Positions 11,446 to 25,950 of a DNA stretch of 64,000 nt are shown piece after piece; position 1 is the stretch's first letter; each line of letters starts with the position of its first letter. A program made the translations under genes and the position numbers. Source of the stretch: Basidiobolus meristosporus CBS 931.73 (lineage: Eukaryota > Fungi > Basidiobolomycota); the NCBI GenBank assembly GCA_002104905.1, contig MCFE01000165.1:1-64000 (forward strand), in the 5' to 3' direction. The notes beneath the pieces were generated by a model. The model was not told the DNA's origin and made no database searches. It saw only the letters and a program-made list of their open reading frames with translations.

Positions 11446-12513
11446 GTTGAGACGAATAAAGGGGTAGCTAGAAACAGAAAAAGTTAAGAGGAACTGTTAG
11501 CAAAGGTACGTACAGCCATTCTGACCTATCTTATATGCGCAGGTGGAAAGTTGATCTCCAATTCGGACCAATCATACTCCCGGATTTCCAAGGATTGCCC
11601 AACGAAATCCCATAATATCAACAGCATCGCATTGTTTTGATTACAACGTCAAATCAAATATAACATTGATCCTACCTCCCCAAGGAAAGGCAGTACAGGG
11701 CTCCTACTGGAACCTACGGGGGACGAGAAATATTGGTGGTGTTCATTTAAGGCGACCTTGATTCTGGATGTGGATGACAAAACGGCCGTTGCCCAATCAC
11801 GCTCGCTTGTCCTTCGACATATTCGGTCATTTCCAAATGATCCACTTTTCAATGTATGCAATTTTTATACAACCCCATTCTAGAACCGACGAATCCCCTT
11901 CGCTCCGCATCACATGGTTGGTTAGGATTTGTTTATCTTCGTTGAGTATTCCTTCGAAATGTGAGCATTTATTGATGCTTTGATTAAACCGTCAGGGGTT
12001 GTTTCAGCATGGAGTACAGGGAGGGGCTGGGTATTGGTCAAGCATTAGGGATATTGGCAGGCATGAGCGACGCGAAGCAGTCAGCAGCACGGGGCCCTCA
12101 GCGCCACCTAGGTTGCTCTTGTGCTGGTTACCTTTGGCCATCAAGGAGTTGTCAATGCTCTTATGTGCGGCCAATACAAATACCCCCTGCCCGCCAGGAA
12201 CTTTGGCTGAGTGAGAGATATCTTAAACCTGATGTAAGAGAGCTGAGAGGATAATTCTTTATACAATAATGGAAAAGTTCCCTATGGTTCAAGAGATAAA
12301 ATAAGGGTTCACAAAAATTCCTCGGTAGCTTCGCCCGAGTTCAAAATAATTAGAGCGGAACCTTCATGAGCCCGTTGATATATCGTCACCAATAAGAAAT
12401 GGGTATATGGAAGGAATAAGAAAAGGTTATATAAAGAAAATAAAATATTACGGCTCTAGAGGGGCGGTGGGAGGGAAACTATATACTACATGGATCCCGG
12501 TTGAAGCGCAGCT

Positions 12514-14750
12514 TCAATGGATCCAGGCTTCAGGTGTCAGAACTTTTACGTCTCTATCCAGTCCTTCTGTATTCAATGGAAGTTGGAAGAAACCAAGGCT
12601 GCATTCGTCGTCTACATTTGCCAGTTTTGTCTCGTCGAAGGTTAGATTCAGTAAACTCAAGGTAGAGGTTGCGTCAAAGTAGCCTTCATAGTCTGGCAGA
12701 GGACCGGGTATGGGGGTTTTGGGTGAAGAGTTGCCGCTCTCACAACCACTCTCTATTCCGCTATCTATCTCGGCTTCGTCGTGTATATCGCACTTGGAAG
12801 GGACTGGGGATTCGTAGCATGGTTCAGCAATCAACTCCCGCATGATTTGGGCTATCTCTTTCTCGAGTGATCCTACTGAAGTTTGCAAATCCCCAGATAG
12901 TTCTACTAGCTCCTCACGTATCCAGGTATTTTCCCGCTCTTGTGATTCAGATACCATAATCCGGAGAAACTCGTTCTCTTCCATCAGCAGATTCATCTTC
13001 GATTCCGTTGTTGAATCGAAGTAGAGCGTCGGGGAGCTTTGTGCCCGCTCAGACAACTTGATCCCGGGATGATATGAAGGCGGGCGTAGCGTAGGCTCGA
13101 GGTAATATGGAACTCTAGTGAAAGGTGGCTCAATGGTAGGTGCAACGTTGCTGTCTCCATCGATCAACTCTTCGACCTTTTGGTCATTCACCCATTGACG
13201 GAATACCATATCTTTAAGCGACTTGAGTGGTGGCGAAGTCTTCTCCTCTTTTAAGGCTGCAACGTCGCTCTCCAATTTTTCGATATAGCAGGTGTAAACC
13301 TGTTGATCTCTATGTAACAGCTCCAGCCGCTCGGAAAGAGTCATGGCGATGATGGGCATTGGCACTGCGTCAAAAGAATATTCACTCTTGGTGGGAGAGG
13401 TCTCCCCGCTACAAACTATTCCAGAATCGGTGTCGTCGGCAACCTTTTCTCCCTTCAAGAGATCCGTCCACCTATTGATGTATTCTCGGTTTTGTTCGTG
13501 AGTGATATCTGTCAAGGCATCTTCGATTTTTCTAAGCTGCAGTCTCAGTTCTCGGTTCTCAAGCTCGGTTCTCTCTGACATGCTCCACGCCTGATCTAAC
13601 TCGGTCTGGGATTCTAGATATTCAATCTTCAAGATTTCTAGGGATTTCTCTAAAAGGAGGATATGAGCTTCCAATGCATCCACCAATAGCTTAGTGCTGC
13701 TGCCCTTTGGGCTTTCTTCAGGTTTCTTGGTGCTTAGTTGGGATTCCAACTGGTTAACACGAAGTAGGATGGCTGCTGCTGTGTGCTTCCATAGTTTCTC
13801 TTGGAATCTTGCCAATCTCTTGGTGAGAGTTAGAATCTCAGTCGATGTCAACTCCAATCTGGCATCAGTCACTTCAAATTCCTTGGTGGCGTTGGACATC
13901 CCGTTGGCATTAAAAGCGAACATAGAGATCATCGAGAGCATCCCTTCTCTAATTTGCTTTTCTCTGATATATTCGTCTGATAGAGACGCAATCTTCTGCT
14001 GAATTTCTCGGATGGTCTAAGTGGATGCAGACCATTAGCGGCGTTCTTCGATATTATGATACAAATTCAGCGCGTAATAGTTACCTCTCTGACTTTGTCC
14101 AACTCGTCAACACTTAACAATTCAAACTCGGCTGCTTCTTTACACGTTTTAATGGCAACCTCAGTCAGCAGGGTCGTATCATCAATGATTTCTGTTGGCT
14201 TCAATAGGCTCCAGAAGGAGGGGATTCTGGGAGCCTTAGCTTCCACAGGCGGTCTAAAATTGACATCTATGATGGAGCTCCTAGTTGGTATTGGCGTAAG
14301 TTCCGGTGTGGGGCTATTTAAATCGGGGGAACTTCGCTTCCTAGATTTATCTTCTAATTTCTTATCAAGTTTGTCCAAAAAAACGCTAGCCGTGGAGCTC
14401 TCATCCGTATAGTTCAGGGAAAGGCCCAATGAAGAAGGCTGTTGTTGGGGTTTATCTTTCCCGGAGGGACTAAGGCTACCTCGTATCTTCACAGTGTTAC
14501 TTATGTCCATCAACGTAACTCGTTTACTCTGGCTATTTTTGGAGCAAACGGAAGGGCCCGCCGGCAAACATGGATGGTTCTCAGAAGTAAGATGTGGATC
14601 AGTTAAGCAACGTGTTAACTGGGGTCTTTTGTCCTGCACGCAAAGTGTCGATTAGATTGCAGTCAGCAAAGAATAAGTAAAAAGGTGTCCAAGAAGAAGG
14701 AGGGATTAAACTGAGTATGCGGCCACTTTTAAAGAGGCCTCGGAGCGCAT
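12514..14750 (-). CDS. Coiled-coil protein with Uds1 (up-regulated during septation 1)-like domain
   Basis: ORFs 14067-14639 and 12514-13941 join by introns. FELLSVDELDKVRE...REKQIREGMLSM...RLARFQEKLWKHTAAAIL matches the Uds1 pattern as recalled. The 5' exon and start (14750) are tentative. Confidence 0.65.
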
Positions 14751-15506
14751 ACATCCAATTCCGTGATCAGAACCCCTCATACCAGCGCATCAAGCAATTT
14801 GATGTGTGGACAACGAGAGCAGATCAGGTTACTCAGGGAGGAGGTGTGGGGTAGTAGTTTGAGTTAATTTCTTACCGAAGATGGCCAAAATGAATCGGTA
14901 TTTTTTGTTAGCCCAATGGCCTTGAAAGGGGTAAGTAAGCAGCTAGGTTGACCGGTCAAGAAAGTGGTTTACCTTGACTGAGGATGGGGAGCGCGTGTGA
15001 CTCATTTCGTGGACGAATGATGCCGAACAAGAGGTATCCGTCTTTCTGGGTTCCAACGACTATTCACAGAAGATATGGGATGGCTTACTGCTGAGGATAG
15101 GGCGGACGAGAGTTTTATATGCTCTCTGTGAATCACACAGTACAGCAAGTAGAGCAGGCCGCAACGCAACCAGTAGCACCGTAGGGCATTTCCATTACTA
15201 TCTCTCTCGGTGGTTGCACGTATTGTCGCGTCAACCTATTGTCTCGTAAAGCCACTACTTCTTCTCTGCATGCATGCCGACCTCTAGCCGTTTTTAGACA
15301 TTAGCTGTCATCCTCGGGCACCATTCAACAATGGCAGAATTAGCATCTTCCGAAGGCTGTTCTTCTTGCCTAATGGCAGTTCGTTCAGGAGTGCAGGGCA
15401 GCGGATATTTCCACTCAACATATTAAATAGTTTATTTCATAATGAATGCGATCTGATGTAAATGCAGCCCAGAGCCCCATTGTCCTAGAGCGGCCTTTCA
15501 AAGCAA

Positions 15507-16681
15507 TTATCCTAGAGCAGTGGATAGCCTTTCCCATGTATGGATCTTTCCACCAACATGGAATTCCAGATCCTCCTTTGTGATGGAATCCCAGTACTTG
15601 TATATCATCATTACCGAGAGCAAGGTGAATATAGAGGCCACAAACTGGCCGTCGAGGTAATGATTCATCATGGAGCAGATTGAGCTTGAAAACAGCATCC
15701 CCAGTTGGCCCGCAACAAAGAACAGGCCCCCGATGATGATATCGCCTACGGAGGAGACAGGTTAATGCTGGAGGGAATGTTGCAACTAGGATGAAATGGC
15801 CCCACCTAGAGGCCACAGATCACTCAGTGTATTGGTGATTAGGATCACTTGTAAACTCAGGTATATCAGCAATGCCGCGGCATTGAACCCAACGAACCCT
15901 ATCCAGAGCAAAGTTGGTCTGACTGGATCCAGGAAGGTTGTCAGATTCATAAAGGTTCCATAGCACAGGGCATATGTGCTGGCAAACACCGCCAATGAGC
16001 TAAGACGCAAGGTCTGATAAGGATTAATACCGATGCCAACGCCGCAGCAGCCTGGGTGTAGCACTCACCCATATCGACATCGGTGTGCCGTCCTCGGCGA
16101 ATTGGAATCCAACAAATCCATTCCCCAACAGGCACCAGACACCTGCCGAAATTAATGAAAGGTGACTAGACGTGAGATGCTAAAAAGGCAGGATTAGCGG
16201 ATGGCCGTGGGATGCGCGATGTGGGGCTGAACCAACCAGGTACGCAGTGGTGTTGCTGGGGACCAGCCCAGAAGACACTATGGAATCCACCACCAATGAG
16301 ATCAGGTACAGGTAGAAGAAAATGACCATCTCTTTCCTTCCTATTCAAGCGCATTATTACTTCGAGCTGCATGACGAGGGGACGAGGGGACGAGTCTCTA
16401 TTACCCACTGCTGTGTACTTGGTTTTGATGTGATAGATCATGATGCAGGTCATGATCAGTCCAACAAAGTGGACAACAAGGGTGGCTTGAGGCGTGTTAG
16501 TACTGGTCAGGTTGCCGTGCCATAGCATGGATTTACCTGGCTGAAAGAGGTTCCAACCGCCAAGGCTGACGTTTCTTGCATAGCATACAGGCTCGACACC
16601 GTGGATTGTTGGCCCGATCAATGGGCATAGCGAGAGGTTCACCCTTCGACAAATATCTACAAAGCTTCCAAGCTGGATCAT
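15507..16681 (-). CDS. CHS7: Chitin synthase export chaperone Chs7
   Basis: [21 protein letters not shown]...[33 protein letters not shown] and [16 protein letters not shown] motifs across spliced exons. Confidence 0.92.
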
Positions 16682-16903
16682 TGTGTGGTTGTCAGGATTG
16701 GCCTCTCCCCCTAGAAGGCCACCTTGAGAAGCTCCTGGTCATATATGATGGTGCTTGTTTCTCTTCATGCACAGGAGAATTCCGGGCGATAGTATTCGTT
16801 TCAAGATAGAGGAATGTTCCACAAAATGCCCGATGCCCCCTTGTTTCAACCGTGTTTATTGCCATATATCCGCCACATCCTCGTCTTTGACAAGGCTGGC
16901 GGC

Positions 16904-18410
16904 ATGCACTGCCTAAAACTACTTGTGATACCAATTGTCTTTAGCTTTCCCATCGATCTTGGTTTGCACACTGTTCGGTATGACCACCATAAGATTGTTC
17001 GTTTCCCAACCACCCCAGAGACTTTGAGGCTCGTCCAAGAACACGACTATGACTTGTGGAAGTGCTCAAAGGATGAGCTCCATGTCAGAGTGACCTCCAG
17101 CGAATTAGCTCAGCTCGAACGCTTCGAACACAGCATCCTTGTAGAGGATATCCAAAGGGAGATTGACCGCGAGGCCACTGGACAGAGGCTATCCAAAAGA
17201 GATGTAAGTGTTTGTACAGGCGCGCGTCTCAATCACTTGCTGACATATGTATAGCTGTCCGCCTGGCACACCAGCTATCACAGCTACGACGAGATCATGG
17301 ACTGGCTACACGCACTTGCTGAGGCCAATCCAGGCTTGGTCAGCCTCAACTCATCCATTGGCAAATCAATCGAGGGCCGGGACATTCCAGCCTTGCATCT
17401 TACCAGCAACAATGGCAAGAGGAAAAGCCAGTTCTGGCTTCAGGGGTACCACAACTGTGTTCGGCGTTCCTTAGCTCCGCGTTAATAGTACCTCTTTAGA
17501 CTGCAGCACGCCCGGGAATGGATCTCCGGCTCAAGTATGCAATACCTTGCTGACGCTCTGGTTACTGGGTATTCGAATGACCCCTCTATCAGATGGATGC
17601 TCAACAATTTCGAGATCATCATCCTCCCAGTCACCAACCCCGATGGTATGTTTCCAAGGTGCCGCTGAATCCCCACCCACTCTAACATCGTCCACGCCAG
17701 GATATGATTACACTTGGACGACAGACCGCCTGTGGCGGAAGAATCGACGCCTGGTTAAAGAGAACGTGTACGGCGTAGATTTGGTACGTGTCAACTTGAG
17801 AAACTCCACGCCCTGCTCCTCGTAACTGATGCGTTCTCAGAATCGGAATTGGCCCGATCATTGGGGTCTTGGAGGCTCCTCCCACGATCCCACTACGAAC
17901 ACCTACCTTGGGGCTAGCCCGGGTAGCGAGCCAGAGGTGGTCAGTCTGATGAAACACTACCTGAGGCAACCACGCATCATAGGTGCGATTGACTTTCACT
18001 CTTACGGAGAGCTGATCATGTGGCCTTTCGGCTGGACTCACAACAAGAGTCCGTGGGATAAAGGCTTCGCTGCTCTAGGAGAAGGAATGCGAGCAGCCAT
18101 TTCCGCAGTCAACCCCAAGAACCGGTACGCAGCCGAGATGGATGCCACCCTGTACATAGCCTCTGGTGGAGCAGATGATTGGTTTTTCGGAGAAGAAGTG
18201 AGTAAGAAGCAAGGGTTCGTCACCACTGGATTGACGGTGGAATTGTCTCCGGCCAGTGACTCGCCCAGCTTCATCCTGCCCCCGGAGAGAATTCTACCAG
18301 TGGGCAAGGAGGTACTCGCCATGGTTCAGTATTTCATCAGCCATGTTTACAAGAACCCGGCACCGATCCAATGGCATGCGAATGGGAATAGCTCCCTACA
18401 AGGCTCATGA
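16904..18410 (+). CDS. Secreted zinc carboxypeptidase (M14A) with prodomain
   Basis: Signal peptide from ATG 16904, propeptide, spliced GLQHAREWIS zinc motif, NPDG, WRKNRR, DFHSYGELI, SGGADDW and catalytic TVEL. Confidence 0.9.
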
Positions 18411-18609
18411 CGGGAAATAAACCAGAATCATTCATTTATTGGTGAATAAAACTCATTAGTGAAGTTCACTCTCCCATTCGCCACAACAAATTCTAAGCAC
18501 TGAGAAGGATACACGTAAAGGAGGGAAGAAATAGAGCGCAGGTCAATGTGGTGTACATGAAATGGTCGGAGATTGGATGAAGGCACAACCTGTGTTTGGC
18601 GAATCCAAT

Positions 18610-19354
<745 letters not shown>

Positions 19355-19598
19355 TTAAAAAATGGGCCACTAGCTGGATGACGCTATATGTCATGGGTTG
19401 ATTTAGCATCAGGGCTCAGGGCTCAGAGTTGCCTGCTGCCCAAACTCCAGTGATTTTTTTGATTTCCGTCACTTGAGATTGTCAATGTCAACGGGCACTA
19501 ATGTTATTATGGGCCAATCATCGTAGGCCATGACTAAGTTTATTATAACAATCCAGCCTGCACATGATGGGGCAAGTGTTGTGTTGTAAGCATATGCA

Positions 19599-20778
19599 TT
19601 AGGCTGAGCCCAAGGAAGTGACTGCAACCACAGTCGAGGCAGTTGCCTGCAACAACGGTGTTTCATTCATCAGAGTGGTGGTGGCGGCCACTGCTTCCTT
19701 GACTTGACTGAGCGTGTCTGGGTTGCTGAATGCAGAATACATGCGTGACCAGCCCCAATTTAAGCCTGACATGCCTAACCCTAACCCTGGTATCCATAGT
19801 CGTTTCTTGAGTATGTACAGCACCACTAGCATGAACACCAGTAGCCCAAAGAGAATTAGGAAGCGGTCGGTCCAATCGCTTTGCTCTAGCTTGGTGATAA
19901 GCTGTTTGGAGGCCCTCATAACTGAGTGAAATCCTCTATATTCATTGTGTGTGGAGCGAAGCATCTTGGAGGAATCGTCTGAGGTTCCGGTTAGTTGGTG
20001 TTATAACGTAGGTGCGTGGTCAACTGCAGGATTACCTAACACCTTGGCACTGTATGCGCTGCGCTCAATTTCTTGCGACATGAGCTGTGTGGTTCTTCTT
20101 AGTGAATCGGTGATGTCGGAGGCGGTGCGTAGCATTCCGTCGTTGTTTCTACAGAAAATCCAGTGCAAATACCGTGTTAGCTTTAGGTTGTTCATAGCCT
20201 CCCTCTCCAATAAAAACGAGATCGTCATATGCAGCACCTCATGTTTCGCTTTCGAAGCTCGATAGCTTTGTGCGCGTCCTTTAACAGATACTCCCTTTCG
20301 AGTCGTGTTTGTTTTTCGATGTTTTGCTTTGCAGCTAGTATGGTTTTCCGAATGGCTACTTGTAATCTATTGGCGCGTTAAGAACGGTGGGTAATTGTCG
20401 ATTTGTGGGCCAGCTTTTGCCTGCCCAAGGAGAACATAAAACCTACTGCTTGTGATGCTCTTCGTGACGTTCTAGCTTATTTAGCAGGCTCCTACGGTCT
20501 TCCTCTTTGTCCTGCTCATCACTTATCAACTTGATTGACTAAATCCGACAACTAGTTAGCCCTATGGTAGGCAGGTTAAATAGAAAGACTGCCAAGTGCG
20601 TCCAACCATTTACCTCTATAGCTTTGCTAAATAAACGAAATTTATCCCTTATCTCTTGAGAAAGTTGCTGGTTCTCAAACACCGATGTGGAATTGGTCAA
20701 CTTTGTAAGAAGCCGCTCTATCTCTAGCTCGCTTTTGTCGAGTTGCTCATAATACCGTTGAATCTCAGACGCTTCCAT
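19599..20778 (-). CDS. SEC20: ER SNARE Sec20
   Basis: SDITDSLRRTTQLMSQEIERS...SKQLITKLEQSDWTDRFLILFGLLVFMLVVLYILKKRL Sec20 domain plus C-terminal TM; multi-exon. Confidence 0.85.
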
Positions 20779-20971
20779 GGCTTGTTACTGTTCAGAGAAT
20801 AGGTTTATTCAAGTCCGAGTGACGTATGGAGAGGTAGAAAAATCAGCGGTAAGGTCAGGTGATCATCGGTTTGGCAGAGATGGTATTTTTATTGCTCTAA
20901 AGGTTGCCATGAGAAATGTCATGAAAAATGGATGATTTCGCGCAAGTTTTGACTTCAAGCTATATAACTAT

Positions 20972-20991
20972 ACACACACACACACACACAC
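20972..20991. repeat. (AC)10 microsatellite
   Basis: Directly visible in the sequence. Confidence 0.95.
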
Positions 20992-21098
20992 GTAGATGTA
21001 GAGTGCGGAACGATGTGGGGAAAATTCGATGGGTGCGGTATTCGCTCATTCAGTAACAGTATGGAGATTTATGTACACAGTCTATGGGGAATATATTG

Positions 21099-22394
21099 CT
21101 AAGGCGCTTGTTTTTTCCAGCTGGCCGAGCTGGACCGTTTGTGGCCCTGGGACTGCTCACTGGGAGATTCGTGGGCTGCAACAGAAGCTAGCACGTCCAT
21201 GGAATTGGTATCAACATGGCCCACAGAGAACGCGCGCTTCCGCAAGGGCTGCAGCGTGGTGAGCTCAGCATAGTTGGGCAGCTTCGTGGACTGTTCGAGT
21301 GGATGTTTGGGGGAGTAATTCGCAGTCACTGGACTATTGTCGCTGAGATATACTTGGGGCTCGAGAGTGGACGGGGGCTTTGGCGTCTCAGCATTGACAA
21401 ACTTGAAACTCGTTGGCGAAGAGCAAGCGTTATCGGAGGTGGGAGTCATCAATGAGGAGTCGCGAGTCGGGGAGTACCACTGCGGGCTTCCCAAGCCGTG
21501 GACCGAGCTGGCAGCCGACTTCAGCGGAGAGAGCAATGTTTGCATGGAGAATCTAGATTGTGAGAGAGGCGAGAGAGATTGGCCATAAGGGGAGATGGGA
21601 CTTGGAGGCATGTTGAAATTCGGCGACACGACCTTGATAGGCGGTGGGATGCGGTGCTTGTAATTGGGTTGGCTCCCAGAGGGTGGCTCATTTTGGTATC
21701 GGAGATATTGGGAAGACCGATAAGAGTGCACTGATGTGGGTTTATCTCCAGTGCCATCCTGTTGATTCGTCGAAGGGGTGCCTTTCCCGGACTTCTGTTG
21801 GCGATTGGCCGCCTCGGATCTCTCTCTATTGACCTTAGCTCGTCGATTTTGGAACCACACCTAATGCAGTTGATGAATACACGTCGAGGCCAGCGTTGTC
21901 AAGAATCTTACCTGAATCTCTCTGTTGGTCATGTTCAGCTTTTTGCCCAGCTTCTCGCGCGCTTCAAAGCTCGGGGAGTCCGTCTTTTCGAATAGCGCCA
22001 GAAGGTCCTCCAGCTGCTCGGGGGTGATCTTTCTTCTCTTGGCCTGAGTCTGACCAGGCTGATGAGGGGTCACTGTTACGGCGGTGAAGGGGAATGTGGT
22101 GAAGGTCGAGATGGTCGATCCGTTCGAGCTCACGCTTCTCGTTGAACTGAACTCCCCCCTGGGATTATCTCCACCGCGGCTTGTTGTGTAGAAGGGATTG
22201 GGCTCCTTGGGTTTGTTTCGCCCTTTTTTCCCATCTCGGCCATTGATGGAGAAGGTGGAGTATGATGGGGAAGGGTTGGTGTTGTTTGGGGGAGGATGGC
22301 TCTCTGCGTCGGGCTCTGGGTTGAGCAACGCAGTAAGACTAGCTGGATTGTATCTAATCACCTTCTCGGTGGATTGTCCGTCTGATGAGACCAT
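21099..22394 (-). CDS. Homeodomain transcription factor
   Basis: KRRKITPEQLEDLLALFEKTDSPSFEAREKLGKKLNMTNREIQV|WFQNRRAK, split by one intron, flanked by S/P-rich disordered regions. Confidence 0.92.
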
Positions 22395-22995
22395 GGTTGA
22401 GTTAAGAGAGAGGGGGCCTTGGAGACTTCGAACCGTATCTTCTTCAGGTGGGGGTGTTGGGGATGGAGAATTGAACGAGATGTAAGCCAGCCGGAAGTGG
22501 CGCCAAAGGCAGCTTTAAATATCAGGCAAAGCTGAAGTCCATCCTCTACCATTGGTACATCGATTATTTAACCGAATCATGACTTACCATCCTAAGAAGT
22601 GTACTAATTAACTCGAACAAGCTATCCGTTGAGCAAACATCCATATTTTCAAATGGCCATTTTCATCCCCATTTTCATGTCCATCATGGCCGAGTTAGTC
22701 AATCACCCTGACTTCTTTCCGAGAAGTGAAATCATGCTGCTGGAGAGAAGAAAGGCTGAGGCCTAGGGAAGTCCTCGAGATCGATATTTGGACATCATCA
22801 GTCCACATCCTGTTTAGGCCCGTGACGATTGTGGCATCCCTTCTACTCCGCATATTCTTCTAATGTGGCTCTTGGTTCTCCAATGGGAATACAGTGGCTC
22901 AAAATCCCCTATCAATCAACCATCCGGATTTAGAAGCGTATCCGAAAGGTCGTGTTGACTGCCCCTACCGTGTTGGGTCTTCGCCGTTCACGCAG

Positions 22996-23117
22996 GGAAG
23001 GGTGCCGTCAAGGCTTGAAGCTATTAGGAATCAAGGAAGGGTGCCGTCAAGGCTTGAAGCTATTAGGAATCAAGGAAGGGTGCCGTCAAGACTTGAAGCT
23101 ATTAGGAATCAAGGAAG
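22996..23117. repeat. Tandem repeat, 3 x 39 bp (GGAAGGGTGCCGTCAAGGCTTGAAGCTATTAGGAATCAA)
   Basis: Three head-to-tail units with one substitution in unit 3; no spacers. Confidence 0.95.
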
Positions 23118-24138
23118 TTGGGAATCAGGGAAGAAGGGTGGTGGAGAGTAAAAATGGATAATTCCTGTACAAACTTGGCTGAGCTATGAATAGATGACCC
23201 AATCCTAACATGTGTCCATCAAGATTCTCCATGATTTTGAGCAAGGTATTCATGGTCTAATTGGAATGGAAATGGCAACATTCTACATATTAAGAAACTG
23301 GAAATAAATTTACGTTACTTACGTAGAGACGAGCTTGGTCTGCGTGTGAAAGTCTCCTTAAACGTGCACAACGTGAAACAATAGGGGAATTGCTGCTTGC
23401 ATATGATCACACTCAGATCATTTGTCCGATCAAACTCCACGTTCGCTCTTCTCTGGGGTCCATATGGATGTTTCTTACGCCAGAGTCAGTGACCGGTAGC
23501 GGGTACTTACCTGGCCGAAAACGGTACCGGACCCAAACAGTTTCAGCTCTAAATATCTCCATCCATCCTGTCCAGAACTTTTGACAGGTGACGGGTAGCG
23601 ATGATTTCATTCGATCCATGTTGCCCAATCATCGTGCGTGGGAGCCACACATCGCTTGTTTCATTTTGTTACCTCGATGGTTGTTTCGCCTCTTGCGTTG
23701 TTCCGGCTTCACCAATCACATGTCTCACCTCAACCTCATTTTAAATATGATTTTCCAATAATATATCGGCAATCTTCACACTCCTGTGCCGCTTAATCAG
23801 GACTGGTTCACTTTTCAAGCAAAATGGGGCAACAATGAGAATGATGAAATTATATATAAAGGCCTGGCCCAGGGAAATCGCCACTTCTGTTTTTCTATTT
23901 GGTGGATGCTCTTTAACCTTATCGCCAAACACCACCCCTTTCGTTTCTTCTTCCTACCTCATTCACGCCCTCTCTTTCCTTGTACACTACACTCTCCTTC
24001 ATTTACCTCCCCTACTCCGCTCAGATAGCCTGAAATTCCAACGCTGATCGTCCACTTGTTCGGAGCCCTCTTCGAATTATACAAAATTCATTCAACGTTG
24101 AAGACCACTCGTCTAAATAGCGCCCTTCCACCGCATTG

Positions 24139-25786
24139 ATGAGTTCCGTAGGCTATTTTCCCCATCAAACACACTGCAAACAACATAGAAAATCCAACCA
24201 TCATACATTAGAGATGCTACACAGCGTGTCCGCCTCAGAACAACATAGTCTGGACTTCGATAATAGCACTGAGGCGTCAAACAAATCCGAAAGACCCACC
24301 AACATCATCACAAACCCGCATCACATTTGGCACTCAGCAAACATGGCTCAAACACCGGCCGATCTCTCACTGGAAAGTTCCAATGATGACCAGAGTGAAG
24401 ACGCCATTGATTCTCCGGAAGAAGCTTTGTTCCAAACCTCGATCCCACTTTTGCCATATCGGAACCAAGTCGGAGGGCACACGCCTTTTCTCAGATTCTC
24501 ACGAAAAGCTCTCTGTAAGCCATTGAACACACTGGAAAAAGATTTCTACGAGCACATAGAAACCTATCATCCAGAACTCCTCCCTTTTACAGCCAAGTAT
24601 ATAGGGGTCATCAATATTAATTTCAAATCAGAACGCTCTGGGGAATTAATCCCTGAATTTGTATTCACTAAAAACAAACACATCCTTCCTGATTGGATCG
24701 TCAGGAGGCTTTCCTTTAATGATTCGAATGACGATTTATTGAACAGACCGTGTCCTGGTTTATCGAAAGTGAATAGCGAATTAAAGGAACAAATCATTAA
24801 AGAACTTGTGTCGCCTACTTTCGAAAACTCTGGTCTAGAATCTCCCGAGCCTTCCTCGAAGCCTGTCATCCACAGACGCAACTCTACACCCCAGCTAAGT
24901 AGGACACCCAGCCCAGGCGATTCAACCTTGCCTGCTCCAAAAGCTGCCCCTAAAAGCCACCCGCACAGTGACCACTTCACCAACCCTTGGTCCGCCCAAT
25001 GCTATCAGCGATTCCGCTCCAACAACGCTGACCCGGAAGGGATCAAGAAGTGGATGTTGCTGGAGGACTTGGTGGATGGCGTCAAGTCTCCATGCATTCT
25101 GGACCTGAAGATGGGCACCCGACAATATGGAGTGAATGCCACCAAGAAGAAGCATGACTCTCAGACAATCAAATGCGCCAAGAGCACCAGCAAGTCTCTG
25201 GGGGTTCGGATGTGCGGCATTCAGGTAAGATCCTTTTGACCCTCTGGGTCCGCCAGGTTACTGACATCTCCTTCCTGTTCAGGTAACACGACCCAAAGTC
25301 GACCAAGTTTACTATCAGAACAAGTATCACGGCCGAAAGTTGGACGAGGCTGGCTTCAAGTCCTCGCTCGAGACGTACCTTTTCGATGGCGAGCACGTGA
25401 TCACCCACTTTATTCCGCAGATCATCAGGAAGCTTCAGAATCTATCCAGAGTGGTCAAGAACATCGACTCTTACCGTTTCTATGCCAGTAGCCTCTTGTT
25501 TGTGTACGACTCCACTGAGCCGTACGAACGTCAGGAGATCAGCATCAAGATGATCGATTTTGCCAACTCGGTAACCAACGCGCAGACCTTGAGAAAGGAG
25601 AAGGTGGTCCCGTACCCACCCACTACTCCGGGCCCTGATGGCGGATACCTACACGGGCTAAGAACGTTGATCTACTCGTTTCAAGAGATTTGGCTGAAGC
25701 ACGCGTCAGCGGAGGATCGTGAACGTTACGGAGACAGTTTGTTGTGTAGCGAGTCGGATAGTGAATGTGACATCATATATTGTTAG
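24139..25786 (+). CDS. KCS1: Inositol polyphosphate kinase (IP6K/Kcs1-like)
   Basis: YRNQVGGH, LLEDL, PCILDLKMGTRQYG, SSLLFVYD, IKMIDFAN and PDGGYLHGL motifs; one intron near 25225-25281. Start codon uncertain. Confidence 0.88.
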
Positions 25787-25950
25787 GAGGTTGATCCTAC
25801 TACAAGAAGATACCCTGGCTGGCCTTGTACGCATATATTTACTAACGTAATTCCACAAGAAAATCGTGTACAGATGTGTATTATTATTAGACTACCAAGT
25901 TATTCAATAAACCTGCGATATTGGAGTTTCCTAAAGCGATAGATGACCAT

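Noticed and set aside
12009-12254. 81-aa ORF with a CSC...CQC cluster, divergent from tubulin
   Set aside because: No family similarity or signal peptide recognised; cannot be distinguished from a chance ORF without expression data.
22996-23117. 39-bp repeats as a CRISPR array
   Set aside because: Units are head-to-tail without spacers, in a eukaryotic context.
23504-23514. TACTTACCTGG resembling the 5' end of U1 snRNA
   Set aside because: The downstream sequence lacks U1 stem-loops and the Sm site. It is simply the reverse complement of a strong donor, CCAG|GTAAGTA.
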